Assembly (NCBI GenBank): GCA_049972095.1 | Contig: JBMFKQ010000015.1 | Span: forward strand, 1-36,366 | DNA: 36,366 nucleotides | Source of the DNA: Elusimicrobiales bacterium | GTDB lineage: Bacteria; Elusimicrobiota; Elusimicrobia; Elusimicrobiales; UBA9959 | Reading direction: 5' to 3' | Shown: one piece after another, positions 10,563-19,356 of the stretch | Numbering within the stretch: the first letter of the stretch is position 1 | Layout: every line of letters starts with the position of its first letter | Position numbers and translations under genes: made by a program | The notes under the pieces: model-generated | The model's database searches: none | The model's input: only the letters and a program-made list of their open reading frames with translations | What the model was told of the DNA's origin: nothing

Positions 10563-11556
10563 GCTCTCTGTATTTTCTATACACTGATTTTTCTTTTCTT
10601 TCAAAAACCGGCTCCTTTACAGGGAAATCAAAAGATATTGAAAAAAGATGCATATTTCCAAGATCACCCATAGATGTAAAAGCATAATCAACAGAAAGGA
10701 ATCTTATTAATGTCCCAAAACCGAAAGAAAAACCGCCAAGATCATTTCTTGAAGAAAGAGTTGAAAAACCACCTCTCAGAGCAAATGAAAAATCCTCTGC
10801 AATTTTGAGCTTAAGCTCTGAACCCAAGTTGATATAATAACTATCATTTTTAGGCCAGATAAAATCAAAGGCAAAAAGAAGTGAAGGAAAGGGATATACT
10901 GCTGTTGCTATCTTAAATTTCATAGGTATTGGAACTGACTCTATATCGTATCTAAGACCCTTACCAAGATTTTGAATAAGGAATGAAAGTTTATAAGGTA
11001 TATAAGTAAACTTGTAAACATTTATTCCCATATCAAAGGCGGTTGCCTTTGCAGTGTGGTATATCTTAGACTTTATATACTTATATCCTATTCCAATGGT
11101 AACATCAGTTTCTCTGTCTGAAAACTCAGTTATACCTCTTGAATATCCAATCGAAACTACACTATCAGAAGGGGAGAATTTGCCAAGAATGTTCTGATCT
11201 ATATCTGTGTGCTCTATTGTTCCTATATCTGTAGTAAACGCTGATAAAGCTATAACACCATCATAAGATATTCTCTGAGCATATGAGAGAAAATTGTAGT
11301 TTATATCCTCAACATACCTTGATCTTGCAAGAAAGATTGAAAAACTGTTTATCTCCATCAATCCAGCCGGATTTACTGCAATAGAAGAAGCGTCATCTGT
11401 AACAGATACATTAGCTCCACCCATAGCAAGAGCACGAGGATTTATTTCAAGATTCAAAAAATCTCCAGCTGTAATGCCTCTTGCCTTATCATTGAAGTAC
11501 TCAGTTGCACCTAAACTGAAACTAATAAAAATTAAGACAAAAAATACTATCCTCAT
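10546..11556 (-). CDS. PorV/PorQ (UPF0164)-like outer-membrane beta-barrel protein
   Basis: Signal peptide; FL.L...PRALAMGGA......D.SSI..NPAGL plug motif; amphipathic beta strands; DYAF...GDLG..H near the C-terminus. Confidence 0.8.
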   Translation of the reverse strand: MRIVFFVLIFISFSLGATEYFNDKARGITAGDFLNLEINPRALAMGGANVSVTDDASSIAVNPAGLMEINSFSIFLARSRYVEDINYNFLSYAQRISYDGVIALSAFTTDIGTIEHTDIDQNILGKFSPSDSVVSIGYSRGITEFSDRETDVTIGIGYKYIKSKIYHTAKATAFDMGINVYKFTYIPYKLSFLIQNLGKGLRYDIESVPIPMKFKIATAVYPFPSLLFAFDFIWPKNDSYYINLGSELKLKIAEDFSFALRGGFSTLSSRNDLGGFSFGFGTLIRFLSVDYAFTSMGDLGNMHLFSISFDFPVKEPVFERKEKSVYRKYRELSKAH

Positions 11557-14500
11557 CTTTCTATTGCCACCTTAAGTGTTTTACTTCCATATGAAGATTT
11601 TATAACACACATATAAACACCGCTTCCAACAGGCTGTCCTTTTGAGTTTTTACCATCCCAGTAAGCTGTGCCACCTGAATTAGCCTTTGTTTCATAAACC
11701 TTTGTCCCACTAAGTGTGTAAAATGTAAGTTTTGAATCATTAGGAAGATTTATGATGGTAATATGCCCCTGCCCAGCTCTATTTGGATAAAAAGGATTTG
11801 GAAAAACCTTTACCCCTGAAAGTGATGTTGCCGGGTTCATTACAATAAGCTGATATATGCTGAAATGGTTTATATAGGATGTTATCTCACCACCTATCCC
11901 TCCCCCCGAAACCTCTGTATTTATCTCTGTTTTAACAGGAAGACACTGACCTGTTTGAGGGTTATATCTTGCAAGTGTAACCCTTGCTTTGTTGGATGAT
12001 ATTCCATCAGAGCCATACGCCTCTGAAGAAAAATAATTGACTGTAAATTTTATTGGAATTTGAGGCTGCTCATTTGAATATATGCCAAAAGCAATTGTGC
12101 TCCCACCAAAACTATAACCACAGGGATTGCTTGAACCAACAAGACTGAATAGCTGTGATGGTGAAAGTGAAGAGAAGGCAATTGGAGTTGGTCTATCAAA
12201 TGTTCCTTTATAAAAGGTTAAAGTTGCAGTTCTTCCATCAACAAACACACCTTTTATCACTGTATCCTCATATGGATCAACAAGACCACCTGTTGAACCA
12301 AAAGGCACGCCTGTTATACCAGCAAGCGTAAATGTAGGCGTTGTTGTTTGCACTGGAAGCGTTCCAAAACCCTCCATATTTCTTGCTGCAACATCAAAAT
12401 AGTATGTTGTTTCTAACCATAAACCTGTTATAAAATATGAATTGCCAGTATAGCCCATACCAAAAGGAACAGGGGTTGAAACATAAGGTGATTCAAAACT
12501 TACACTTGTTGCTCTTACCTGATATATAGTATATGGTGGGTTATCCCCAGTAAGCCAGTCAAGCTTTACACCTTTTATAGTAATTGAACTTACTGAAACG
12601 CTCTGAGGCGGTTGAGCACGAGTATATCTTGAGCCAAGATAAGCAGGCGTTGGGTTCATTATTCCATCCTTGTTTATTGAGTAGACCCTTGCATAGTATC
12701 GTGTATTTGGAATAAGCTCACTGGCTACATAAGAAACAAATGGAAAGGTTGTTGGATCAGCCTCGACATTAACTGACTTATAATCGCTGAAGCTTTCATC
12801 AACAGATATATCAAGCCGATAAATGGTTGAGGTTGAATTTCCATTAGAATCCCAGGTTATTTTCATACTTCCAGTAGTTATCTCTGTAAAAACATTTGGT
12901 GATGCAGGCTTTGGTTCTATTGATAATGTGTGAACAATTGGTGATACAGCAAATGGACCATAAACTGTAGTTGTGCTACCATCAAAGTTATCTATCTTGA
13001 AAGACCTTACCTTAACCTGATAAGGCATATTTACTTTAAGCCCTGTCCATGTGTAGTAATTGTAAGGCGTTGTTGCAATAAGAACCGAAACATCTATCGT
13101 TGAGTGAAAGATTGGATCGTTTGGATCCTCAGCTATTTTATAATCATATACCTCATACCCATTAGCACCACCAGCAGGATTCCACATCCATTTTATTGAT
13201 GTTGTTGATAAAGCCATACCAAAAAGTCCAACTATATTTCCAACAGTTATTGTAGAAACAGGATTAGACTCCCTATCATAAGCTGTCTCAATACCATCCC
13301 CATTTCTTGCCTTAACCCTAAAATAATATCTCCAGTTAGGCTCAAGGTTTCTTATAGTTGCCTTTGTATCCGTATAGTTATTTGCAAAGTTTATAGCTAT
13401 AGAGCGTTTGTCGAAAGACTTATCAGTTGAAACCTCAAGCTGATATGCTGTATAGTTAGGTGTATTTCCATTTCCATCCCACTTAAGCTCAACTGTATCA
13501 AAGCTTGCATATGTTATCTCAAGGTCTTTTGGCGGCATAGCAAGCGTGTGTATTGTGCTTGCAGCAACAGCCCATGTGGTCTTATCAGAAAAACCACCTA
13601 TGTTATAACACCCAATCTTTAAAGCAGAAGGGGAGTTTGGACTTAAACCAGTAAGTGTAAAGGTAGTCACAGCAGTTATAGGTGTTGGAAACGGAACAGT
13701 TGAGATAAATATGTCAGATGATGAAAAGACAGCAAAGCCATTCGCAACTGTTCCTCCAGTGATATCGTCGTTAAGATTCCAACGCCAGCTCATTGAGGAA
13801 GTTCCAACGCTTGATGCTATGGCTGTTGGCTTTGATATATCACATATAGGCCTTGGTGTTGATATCTGTATTATATAAGGATCAGAGCATATAGACTCAA
13901 CACATAAATGCAGGTAATACCAACCGTATGGCATTCTGTTTCTGTCAGGGATTCTAACAGTTATACTTGAAAGGGTAGTTTGCCACGATGGATTATATGT
14001 CCTTACATAAAGCATCGTTGAAAGATTGACAACATAATCGCCATTAAGAGATGTTAAAACTATGTATGGTTTTGAAAAATCTGCGCTTCTTGAACTACTA
14101 CCACCACCTGATGCCTCAGTCATTGAGTGTAGATTAGAATATGTTGAGATGATTGTGAGAAAATCTCCGTTATCAGATATATATGTAGCGCTCGATATGA
14201 AGGGTTTCCTTGGTGTCTGAGATGAAAAAGAGTATTGGTCTGGGAGATTTCCTGAATAATATATAGTCTCAACATCATCAAGATAACTATTAAACCCATC
14301 AAAACCACCTGCTGATACAATATAATTCTTCTTAGTAAGAACTGCTGCAGTGCCTATCTTTCTTTTACCACTCCCATGCCCCCCAATAAAACCTGAATCA
14401 GCAAGAAGCCTCTCATTCATTGTCCTTACAACCCCTCGTGGATATATACTCTCGCCCCCTATATATGCTATTGTCTTATCAGGCAAAACAACAGCTTTAT

Positions 14501-17405
14501 GATTTGCCCTTCCAAGATAATCCTCAAAAGGTTTCCATCTTGACCCCGCCGGACTTGATGGATTAAAAACTTCTATTGTATATACAACCTGATCATTATT
14601 GCTGCCACCAAAAACAATAACAATTCCGCTGTCAAGAAGTGTTGCTGTATGAGCCTTTCTGGGAAAATTCATAGAATCAGTAGATGAAAAACTTCTTGTC
14701 TGAATATTAAAAATCTCACAACTACTCAAAACATTTCCAGAGCCGTTAAGACCACCTGTTATTAAAACACTGCCATTTGGAAGGAGTGTTGCTCTATGCT
14801 CACTTCTTGGCACTGAAAGCTGAGATGAAAGCTCTATAAATCTATTCTCTGTTGATATAAATATCTCAGCTGAGCTCAGGTATGTCGATGAGCTTACCCC
14901 ACCTGTAAAAAGAACATTTCCATCAGGAAGAAGGGTTGCAGTATGAAGTAGCCTTGCTCTATTCATCGGTGAGGTTTTAACTATTCTTCTAACCTCAGGA
15001 TAGAATATCTCAGCATTAGAAAGTGCTGCTGACTGTGTTGTTCTTCCTGATGTGCCACCCGCTATTAAAACAGTTCCGTTAGGAAGAAGTGTCGCTGTAT
15101 GATATGCCCTTGGAACTGTCATTGTTGCAACTACAACCCATTCACCAACATAATCATTGTATAGTTCGCATGTATCAAGAGTTTTTTCTCCATCAGTTCC
15201 ACCACATGCAAGAAGAGAGCCATCTGTTAAAAGAGTTAATGTATGAAATGCTCTTTTATTTTTCATCTTTGGAAAATCAGACCAGTTATCTGAAATAAAG
15301 AATGCATCAGTAAACATATCAATGTTTTGAGAAAAGGTAGTACTACTCCTTGTACATCCCGAAGGATTTACTTCACAATTCTCACCACCAATATAGTAAA
15401 TAGAGTTACTTCTTTGAATCAATGATGTGTGGTTAAGGATTGGTGTAGATAAAATCCCCATATGAGTCGCATCGTTCATATACAGTTCATTTTTCAGTGG
15501 ATAGTATCTTGATATATTTGAAAATATTGCATCTCTAACAACTATTGTTGATGAATCAACAGAAAACTGTTTATCCTCATAAAAATTTATTCGGTCAACT
15601 GTAAAGGACATATCAAAATTTATTTCAGTGAAATTACCATTTATGGAATATGGAAAACTGACATTATGATCGGTTGTGTTTTGAACAAGACCGGATATGT
15701 TTGTGAAGTTAACAGTCGTGTTTACAATTCCATTTGTTCCAATGGAAATATTTGTCATTTCTCCTGTTCCACCATTAAATGTTACCTTAATCTCATTATT
15801 TTCATAAGATGCTCTTTTAAGTGTTACAGTTGCACCTATTATGTTTGCTCCCCAATACTCTTGAGGCATCTGGAAGCTAAGTGTCAGGGTTGCTGTTGTT
15901 GTATCAAAAAGTGATGTGCTTTGTCCAGCTGGAAGTGGATCATCAGCACCTCGGAGACTTGCTGAACCAGTACCATTTTGGGCTTCAATACTCATAGGAT
16001 CAAACAGAACAAATGCCCCAGCACCAGGTCCTTGAAGTGGAACATTGACTCTTTCAAGCCAACCATATCCCCTACTCTCATCACCACCGACAAATACAGT
16101 GTCAAGCGTAGCCGTTGTTATGCCAAGATATACAGATGAGTTTGTAAACTGAACTGTAGGAGAGCCATCAGATTTTGGAGGTATAAACCAGTCAGATTCT
16201 ATTAATCGTCCAATAACATACCTTGAAAGACGAATATCTGGTATCTGAAGATTTATACTTGTGCTTGATATTGAGATTACTCTTTGACCTGTTGGATTAC
16301 TAACCTGAGGATTTGAAAGTGTTAAAAAAGAACGCTGAGAAGCAACAACTTGCGGATTTAGATAGGTAACAGGAATATTCCCCCTTCCACCCACTGTTAT
16401 AACACTTCCATCATTTAAAAGTACAGATGAATGATAAGCCATCCTATAAGGAAAAAGCTCAGATTTAATGCTACCATCTGAACCTGTGTTTATGTTATTT
16501 ATACCAACTGGGGCCCTTGCGCCATTCTGGTCAAACATCTCAACAAGCTCTACATATCCCATTGTAAACTGTCTTTGTTTCTCCTGCACCTTCTCCTCAT
16601 CTAATGAAAAAAGGTCATTACCATTCAGATTTCCGTTTTTGCCACCTATTATTAGGGTGTATCCATTTTGGAGTGTTATTGCTGTATGATATGCCCTTCC
16701 AACAAGAAGTGAGCTTTGAGGAACCATTGAGTTTGTTACAGGGTCATAAAGCTCTGTTGTGAGATGATAGACGTTATTATTTCGATCAAAGCCACCTGCA
16801 ATAAAGACCTTTCCGTTTGGAAGTAGATTTGCTGAATGTCCCTCCCTTGTTGATGTCATCGTTGGTCCAGGTTTGAAAGCGGTTGCTGATGTTATAAATA
16901 TCTCACATGAATTAAGGCTGTTAGAACCATCATATCCACCACATATAAGCACATTTCCTGCATCAGGGCCGTTCTTTAGAAGTGTAGCTGTATGCTCTGC
17001 CCTTGCAGAGATCATACTAACTGTTGTAATGGCTATTGAGCTCACATTATCATAATTGCTAAACGAAATTATATCAGCAGTAGCTAATGGAGTTCCTGTA
17101 GTCCTATAGCCACCTGCAACAAGAATCCTTCCATCAGGTAGAAGGGTCATGGTATGACCATATCTTGGTGATGAAAGAATATTAGGATAGGAATAACGAT
17201 CAGTTCCTATTGAAACACCATATTCATATGAGTAAATAAGATAACAATCATCACTTGCACTATCTGGGTTACTATTATCTCTGCCACCACATACAAGTAT
17301 ATGGGAGTTTGGAAGAAGAACTGCTCTTGAGTCTGCTTGAGGATAAATAAAGCGGGTTGGAAAAAGAAGAAGAAAAATTAAAAAAAGCTTTCTAAAATTT
17401 CCCAT
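11553..17405 (-). CDS. Giant secreted protein: about 14 kelch repeats, FN3-like repeats and C-terminal FlgD-Ig/T9SS-like sorting domain
   Basis: Signal peptide; repeated R..HTATLL..G.VL..GG; FN3 motifs (W..NGN...T.Y, L.PN..Y...V.A.N); C-terminal VFPNPF...YTLSG.KV...WDGKN..G..V.SGVY. Confidence 0.88.
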   Translation of the reverse strand: MGNFRKLFLIFLLLFPTRFIYPQADSRAVLLPNSHILVCGGRDNSNPDSASDDCYLIYSYEYGVSIGTDRYSYPNILSSPRYGHTMTLLPDGRILVAGGYRTTGTPLATADIISFSNYDNVSSIAITTVSMISARAEHTATLLKNGPDAGNVLICGGYDGSNSLNSCEIFITSATAFKPGPTMTSTREGHSANLLPNGKVFIAGGFDRNNNVYHLTTELYDPVTNSMVPQSSLLVGRAYHTAITLQNGYTLIIGGKNGNLNGNDLFSLDEEKVQEKQRQFTMGYVELVEMFDQNGARAPVGINNINTGSDGSIKSELFPYRMAYHSSVLLNDGSVITVGGRGNIPVTYLNPQVVASQRSFLTLSNPQVSNPTGQRVISISSTSINLQIPDIRLSRYVIGRLIESDWFIPPKSDGSPTVQFTNSSVYLGITTATLDTVFVGGDESRGYGWLERVNVPLQGPGAGAFVLFDPMSIEAQNGTGSASLRGADDPLPAGQSTSLFDTTTATLTLSFQMPQEYWGANIIGATVTLKRASYENNEIKVTFNGGTGEMTNISIGTNGIVNTTVNFTNISGLVQNTTDHNVSFPYSINGNFTEINFDMSFTVDRINFYEDKQFSVDSSTIVVRDAIFSNISRYYPLKNELYMNDATHMGILSTPILNHTSLIQRSNSIYYIGGENCEVNPSGCTRSSTTFSQNIDMFTDAFFISDNWSDFPKMKNKRAFHTLTLLTDGSLLACGGTDGEKTLDTCELYNDYVGEWVVVATMTVPRAYHTATLLPNGTVLIAGGTSGRTTQSAALSNAEIFYPEVRRIVKTSPMNRARLLHTATLLPDGNVLFTGGVSSSTYLSSAEIFISTENRFIELSSQLSVPRSEHRATLLPNGSVLITGGLNGSGNVLSSCEIFNIQTRSFSSTDSMNFPRKAHTATLLDSGIVIVFGGSNNDQVVYTIEVFNPSSPAGSRWKPFEDYLGRANHKAVVLPDKTIAYIGGESIYPRGVVRTMNERLLADSGFIGGHGSGKRKIGTAAVLTKKNYIVSAGGFDGFNSYLDDVETIYYSGNLPDQYSFSSQTPRKPFISSATYISDNGDFLTIISTYSNLHSMTEASGGGSSSRSADFSKPYIVLTSLNGDYVVNLSTMLYVRTYNPSWQTTLSSITVRIPDRNRMPYGWYYLHLCVESICSDPYIIQISTPRPICDISKPTAIASSVGTSSMSWRWNLNDDITGGTVANGFAVFSSSDIFISTVPFPTPITAVTTFTLTGLSPNSPSALKIGCYNIGGFSDKTTWAVAASTIHTLAMPPKDLEITYASFDTVELKWDGNGNTPNYTAYQLEVSTDKSFDKRSIAINFANNYTDTKATIRNLEPNWRYYFRVKARNGDGIETAYDRESNPVSTITVGNIVGLFGMALSTTSIKWMWNPAGGANGYEVYDYKIAEDPNDPIFHSTIDVSVLIATTPYNYYTWTGLKVNMPYQVKVRSFKIDNFDGSTTTVYGPFAVSPIVHTLSIEPKPASPNVFTEITTGSMKITWDSNGNSTSTIYRLDISVDESFSDYKSVNVEADPTTFPFVSYVASELIPNTRYYARVYSINKDGIMNPTPAYLGSRYTRAQPPQSVSVSSITIKGVKLDWLTGDNPPYTIYQVRATSVSFESPYVSTPVPFGMGYTGNSYFITGLWLETTYYFDVAARNMEGFGTLPVQTTTPTFTLAGITGVPFGSTGGLVDPYEDTVIKGVFVDGRTATLTFYKGTFDRPTPIAFSSLSPSQLFSLVGSSNPCGYSFGGSTIAFGIYSNEQPQIPIKFTVNYFSSEAYGSDGISSNKARVTLARYNPQTGQCLPVKTEINTEVSGGGIGGEITSYINHFSIYQLIVMNPATSLSGVKVFPNPFYPNRAGQGHITIINLPNDSKLTFYTLSGTKVYETKANSGGTAYWDGKNSKGQPVGSGVYMCVIKSSYGSKTLKVAIER

Positions 17406-17406
17406 C

Positions 17407-17925
17407 CTACTTTACCTCAAAAAATGAAAAACTCCCATCATCAGTCTTTTTTGCCTTAGGGTCAAGCACCTTTTTACCATCAACAACAAAATAATATTTG
17501 TAAATCCCCTTATCATTCAGAATTAGCTCCTCCTCCCATACCCCGGAAGCTATTTTTTTCATATCTTTTTGCTTCCATACATAAAAGCTTCCGCTAAGTT
17601 TAACACTTTTAGCCCTCTTGTTCTCATAGCGAAGAGTTACCTTGTATTTTTTACTACCTGCAGAAGATGAGGCAGAAACACTCTGGGTTGATGATTCCAT
17701 CTCAGAAGCAGATTGCTGAGGTGAGAGTGAATTTGAATTCGAGGAATTTGGTGGCTCGGTATCCTCTAAAACAGATGAGATGTTATGGGATGCTTGTTGA
17801 GAAACTGCTTTTGAACTATGATGCTTTGGATAGAGATAAAGGTTAAGTTTATCGTATACCTTCTTTACAGAAAAAATAAAAACAGCAAGGGCTATAATTA
17901 AAACAACTGTATATCTTGTTTTCAT
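17407..17925 (-). CDS. Membrane-anchored CBM48/AMPK-type glycogen-binding domain protein
   Basis: N-terminal TM, Ser-rich linker, then AKSVKLSGSF..W...GVW...G.YKY.FVVDG...DP. Confidence 0.8.
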   Translation of the reverse strand: MKTRYTVVLIIALAVFIFSVKKVYDKLNLYLYPKHHSSKAVSQQASHNISSVLEDTEPPNSSNSNSLSPQQSASEMESSTQSVSASSSAGSKKYKVTLRYENKRAKSVKLSGSFYVWKQKDMKKIASGVWEEELILNDKGIYKYYFVVDGKKVLDPKAKKTDDGSFSFFEVK

Positions 17926-17951
17926 TTCACATGTCTTAAATAATATCCTTA

Positions 17952-17960
17952 ATTATAACA
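17952..17960 (-). promoter_or_regulatory. Extended -10 promoter (TGTTATAAT) for the CBM48-kelch-PorV operon
   Basis: Perfect TGnTATAAT 26 nt upstream of ATG 17925. Confidence 0.6.
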
Positions 17961-17983
17961 AAGTTGATAATTCAAATCAACTA

Positions 17984-18011
17984 TTCTTTGAGTGGCTATT
18001 GCTCCTCAAAC
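17984..18011 (+). repeat. Dispersed imperfect hairpin repeat, copy 2 (TTCTTTGAGTGGCTATTGCTCCTCAAAC)
   Basis: Matches 2885-2911 with three substitutions and one loop insertion, all preserving the pairing. Confidence 0.7.
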
Positions 18012-18157
18012 GGTGCAATCTCGCTGATGGCTTTTTAGCCACAAAATTTTAAGGAAATTCCTTTTTTATTAAGGAACTTTCATTAATAGAGCAACACAAG
18101 CTCTCACCACTGCGGGCTTTCGATTCCCACGAAATGCTATTCGCATTTCTTAGCACC
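18012..18157. ncRNA. Candidate structured RNA/DNA element: GGTGC/GCACC closing stem enclosing five hairpins
   Basis: TGGCT/AGCCA, TTCCTT/AAGGAA, AGAGC/GCTCT, GGG/CCC and GAAATGC/GCATTTC stems, found by eye. No known family recognised. Confidence 0.4.
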
Positions 18158-18161
18158 AGCA

Positions 18162-18232
18162 AGCGGGCGATGGGAATCGAACCCACGTCTAAAGCTTGGG
18201 AAGCTTTCATTCTACCATTGAACTACGCCCGC
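18162..18232 (-). tRNA. tRNA-Gly (CCC), CCA end not encoded
   Basis: GCGGGCG/CGCCCGC acceptor stem, D arm GTTCAATGGTAGAAT, anticodon arm AAAGC-TTCCCAA-GCTTT, T arm GTGGG-TTCGATT-CCCAT, U discriminator. Confidence 0.97.
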
Positions 18233-18258
18233 CTTGTATATATAAGAGAACTATCTAA

Positions 18259-18267
18259 ATTATATCA
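18259..18267 (-). promoter_or_regulatory. Extended -10 promoter (TGATATAAT) for tRNA-Gly
   Basis: TGnTATAAT 26 nt upstream of the tRNA 5' end. Confidence 0.6.
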
Positions 18268-18274
18268 AATTTTA

Positions 18275-18823
18275 TCAGCCCTTTATAAGATTAAAAAACT
18301 CAACTCTTACCCTCTCATCCTTTTCAAAACATCCAAGCATTGAGCTTGTTATAGCCAATGATGTTGTGTTTTTCACCCCTCTTGATGTCATACACATATG
18401 CTGTGCCTCAACAACAACACCAACACCCCTTGGTTTAATCTTTTCATAAATAGTTTTTGATATTTGAACAGTCATCCTTTCCTGTAATTGAAGCCTTTTT
18501 GAAAAGACCTCAACAAGTCTTGGAAGCTTAGAAAGCCCAATTATAACACCATTCGGTATATAAGCTATATGAACCTTACCAAAAAAAGGAAGGATATGAT
18601 GCTCACACATAGAATAAAAGCTTATATCCTTAACAATAATCATCTCTTTATAATCAACATTAAAAAAAGCTCCATTTAAAACCTTATCAATATCCATAGA
18701 ATAACCAGCAAAAAGCTCCTTAAAAGCAGAGTCAACCCTAAAAGGTGTTTTTTTAAGACCCTCTCTTTCTGTATCCTCACCGATCTTTTTTAAAATCTTG
18801 TGTATCTCCTTTTCTATACTCAT
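18275..18823 (-). CDS. folE: GTP cyclohydrolase I
   Basis: REGL..TP.RV, SMCEHH.LPF.G, GLSK..R, RLQLQER and HMCM..RGV motifs. Confidence 0.97.
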   Translation of the reverse strand: MSIEKEIHKILKKIGEDTEREGLKKTPFRVDSAFKELFAGYSMDIDKVLNGAFFNVDYKEMIIVKDISFYSMCEHHILPFFGKVHIAYIPNGVIIGLSKLPRLVEVFSKRLQLQERMTVQISKTIYEKIKPRGVGVVVEAQHMCMTSRGVKNTTSLAITSSMLGCFEKDERVRVEFFNLIKG

Positions 18824-18939
18824 AATTTCTATTTTAGCATAATTTTTAAACTATTCCCTAAGGTCCCAATTCAAAAGTGGGCAGAAAGAAACTTAACCTT
18901 TTAGCACTTTTTTATTAAAATATAAATGGAGGTAAGCTT

Positions 18940-19356
18940 ATGATAAGAAACCTTATCGTTTTAACAGCAATAATAGTTGCCTTCACTACGGCGATAAAAG
19001 CTGAGGAAGATGACTTAAAAGCAGATATTCTTATAACAAAGCTTGCAGAGATAGACTCTAAAATAGATCTGGCAATATTAAAGAAGAATTACGATGAGAT
19101 TGAAAGAATTGACTTTACAATCTTAAAAAAAGAGATAGAAGAACTTTTTTTAAACAGTAAGATTTCTCAATCAAAAGCAAAAATGATATGGATGTATTCT
19201 GGGAAGATATATTTGAAAACCAAAAAACTTTTTTCATACAATTCAAAAGATTTTAGACTTGCACCCTCAGATTATCAAAATCCATCACCAAAGCTTGAAG
19301 ATATTAAAAAGGTATTTTTAGTTTCTAAATGGCTTTATATATCATCAAAGAGATAA
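18940..19356 (+). CDS. Hypothetical secreted protein
   Basis: GGAGG SD; signal peptide ending A-I-K-A; predicted helical. Confidence 0.7.
   Translation: MIRNLIVLTAIIVAFTTAIKAEEDDLKADILITKLAEIDSKIDLAILKKNYDEIERIDFTILKKEIEELFLNSKISQSKAKMIWMYSGKIYLKTKKLFSYNSKDFRLAPSDYQNPSPKLEDIKKVFLVSKWLYISSKR

Noticed and set aside
17960..18011. Minus-strand resemblance to a CRISPR repeat/tracrRNA (GTTTGAGGAGC...TTATCAACTT)
   Set aside because: There is no array, spacers or cas gene, and G.T pairing favours the opposite strand.
18012..18157. Cobalamin riboswitch, permuted tmRNA or group II intron remnant
   Set aside because: It lacks the B12 box and GGTG..AA.TCC, the GGGG/G3.U70/CCA alanyl acceptor, and the GUGYG start and domain V triad.
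18119..18181. Prophage/ICE att site at tRNA-Gly
   Set aside because: The repeat is inverted rather than direct, and no integrase is nearby.
18134..18343. 69-aa + strand ORF
   Set aside because: It is the antisense reading of tRNA-Gly and the folE end.
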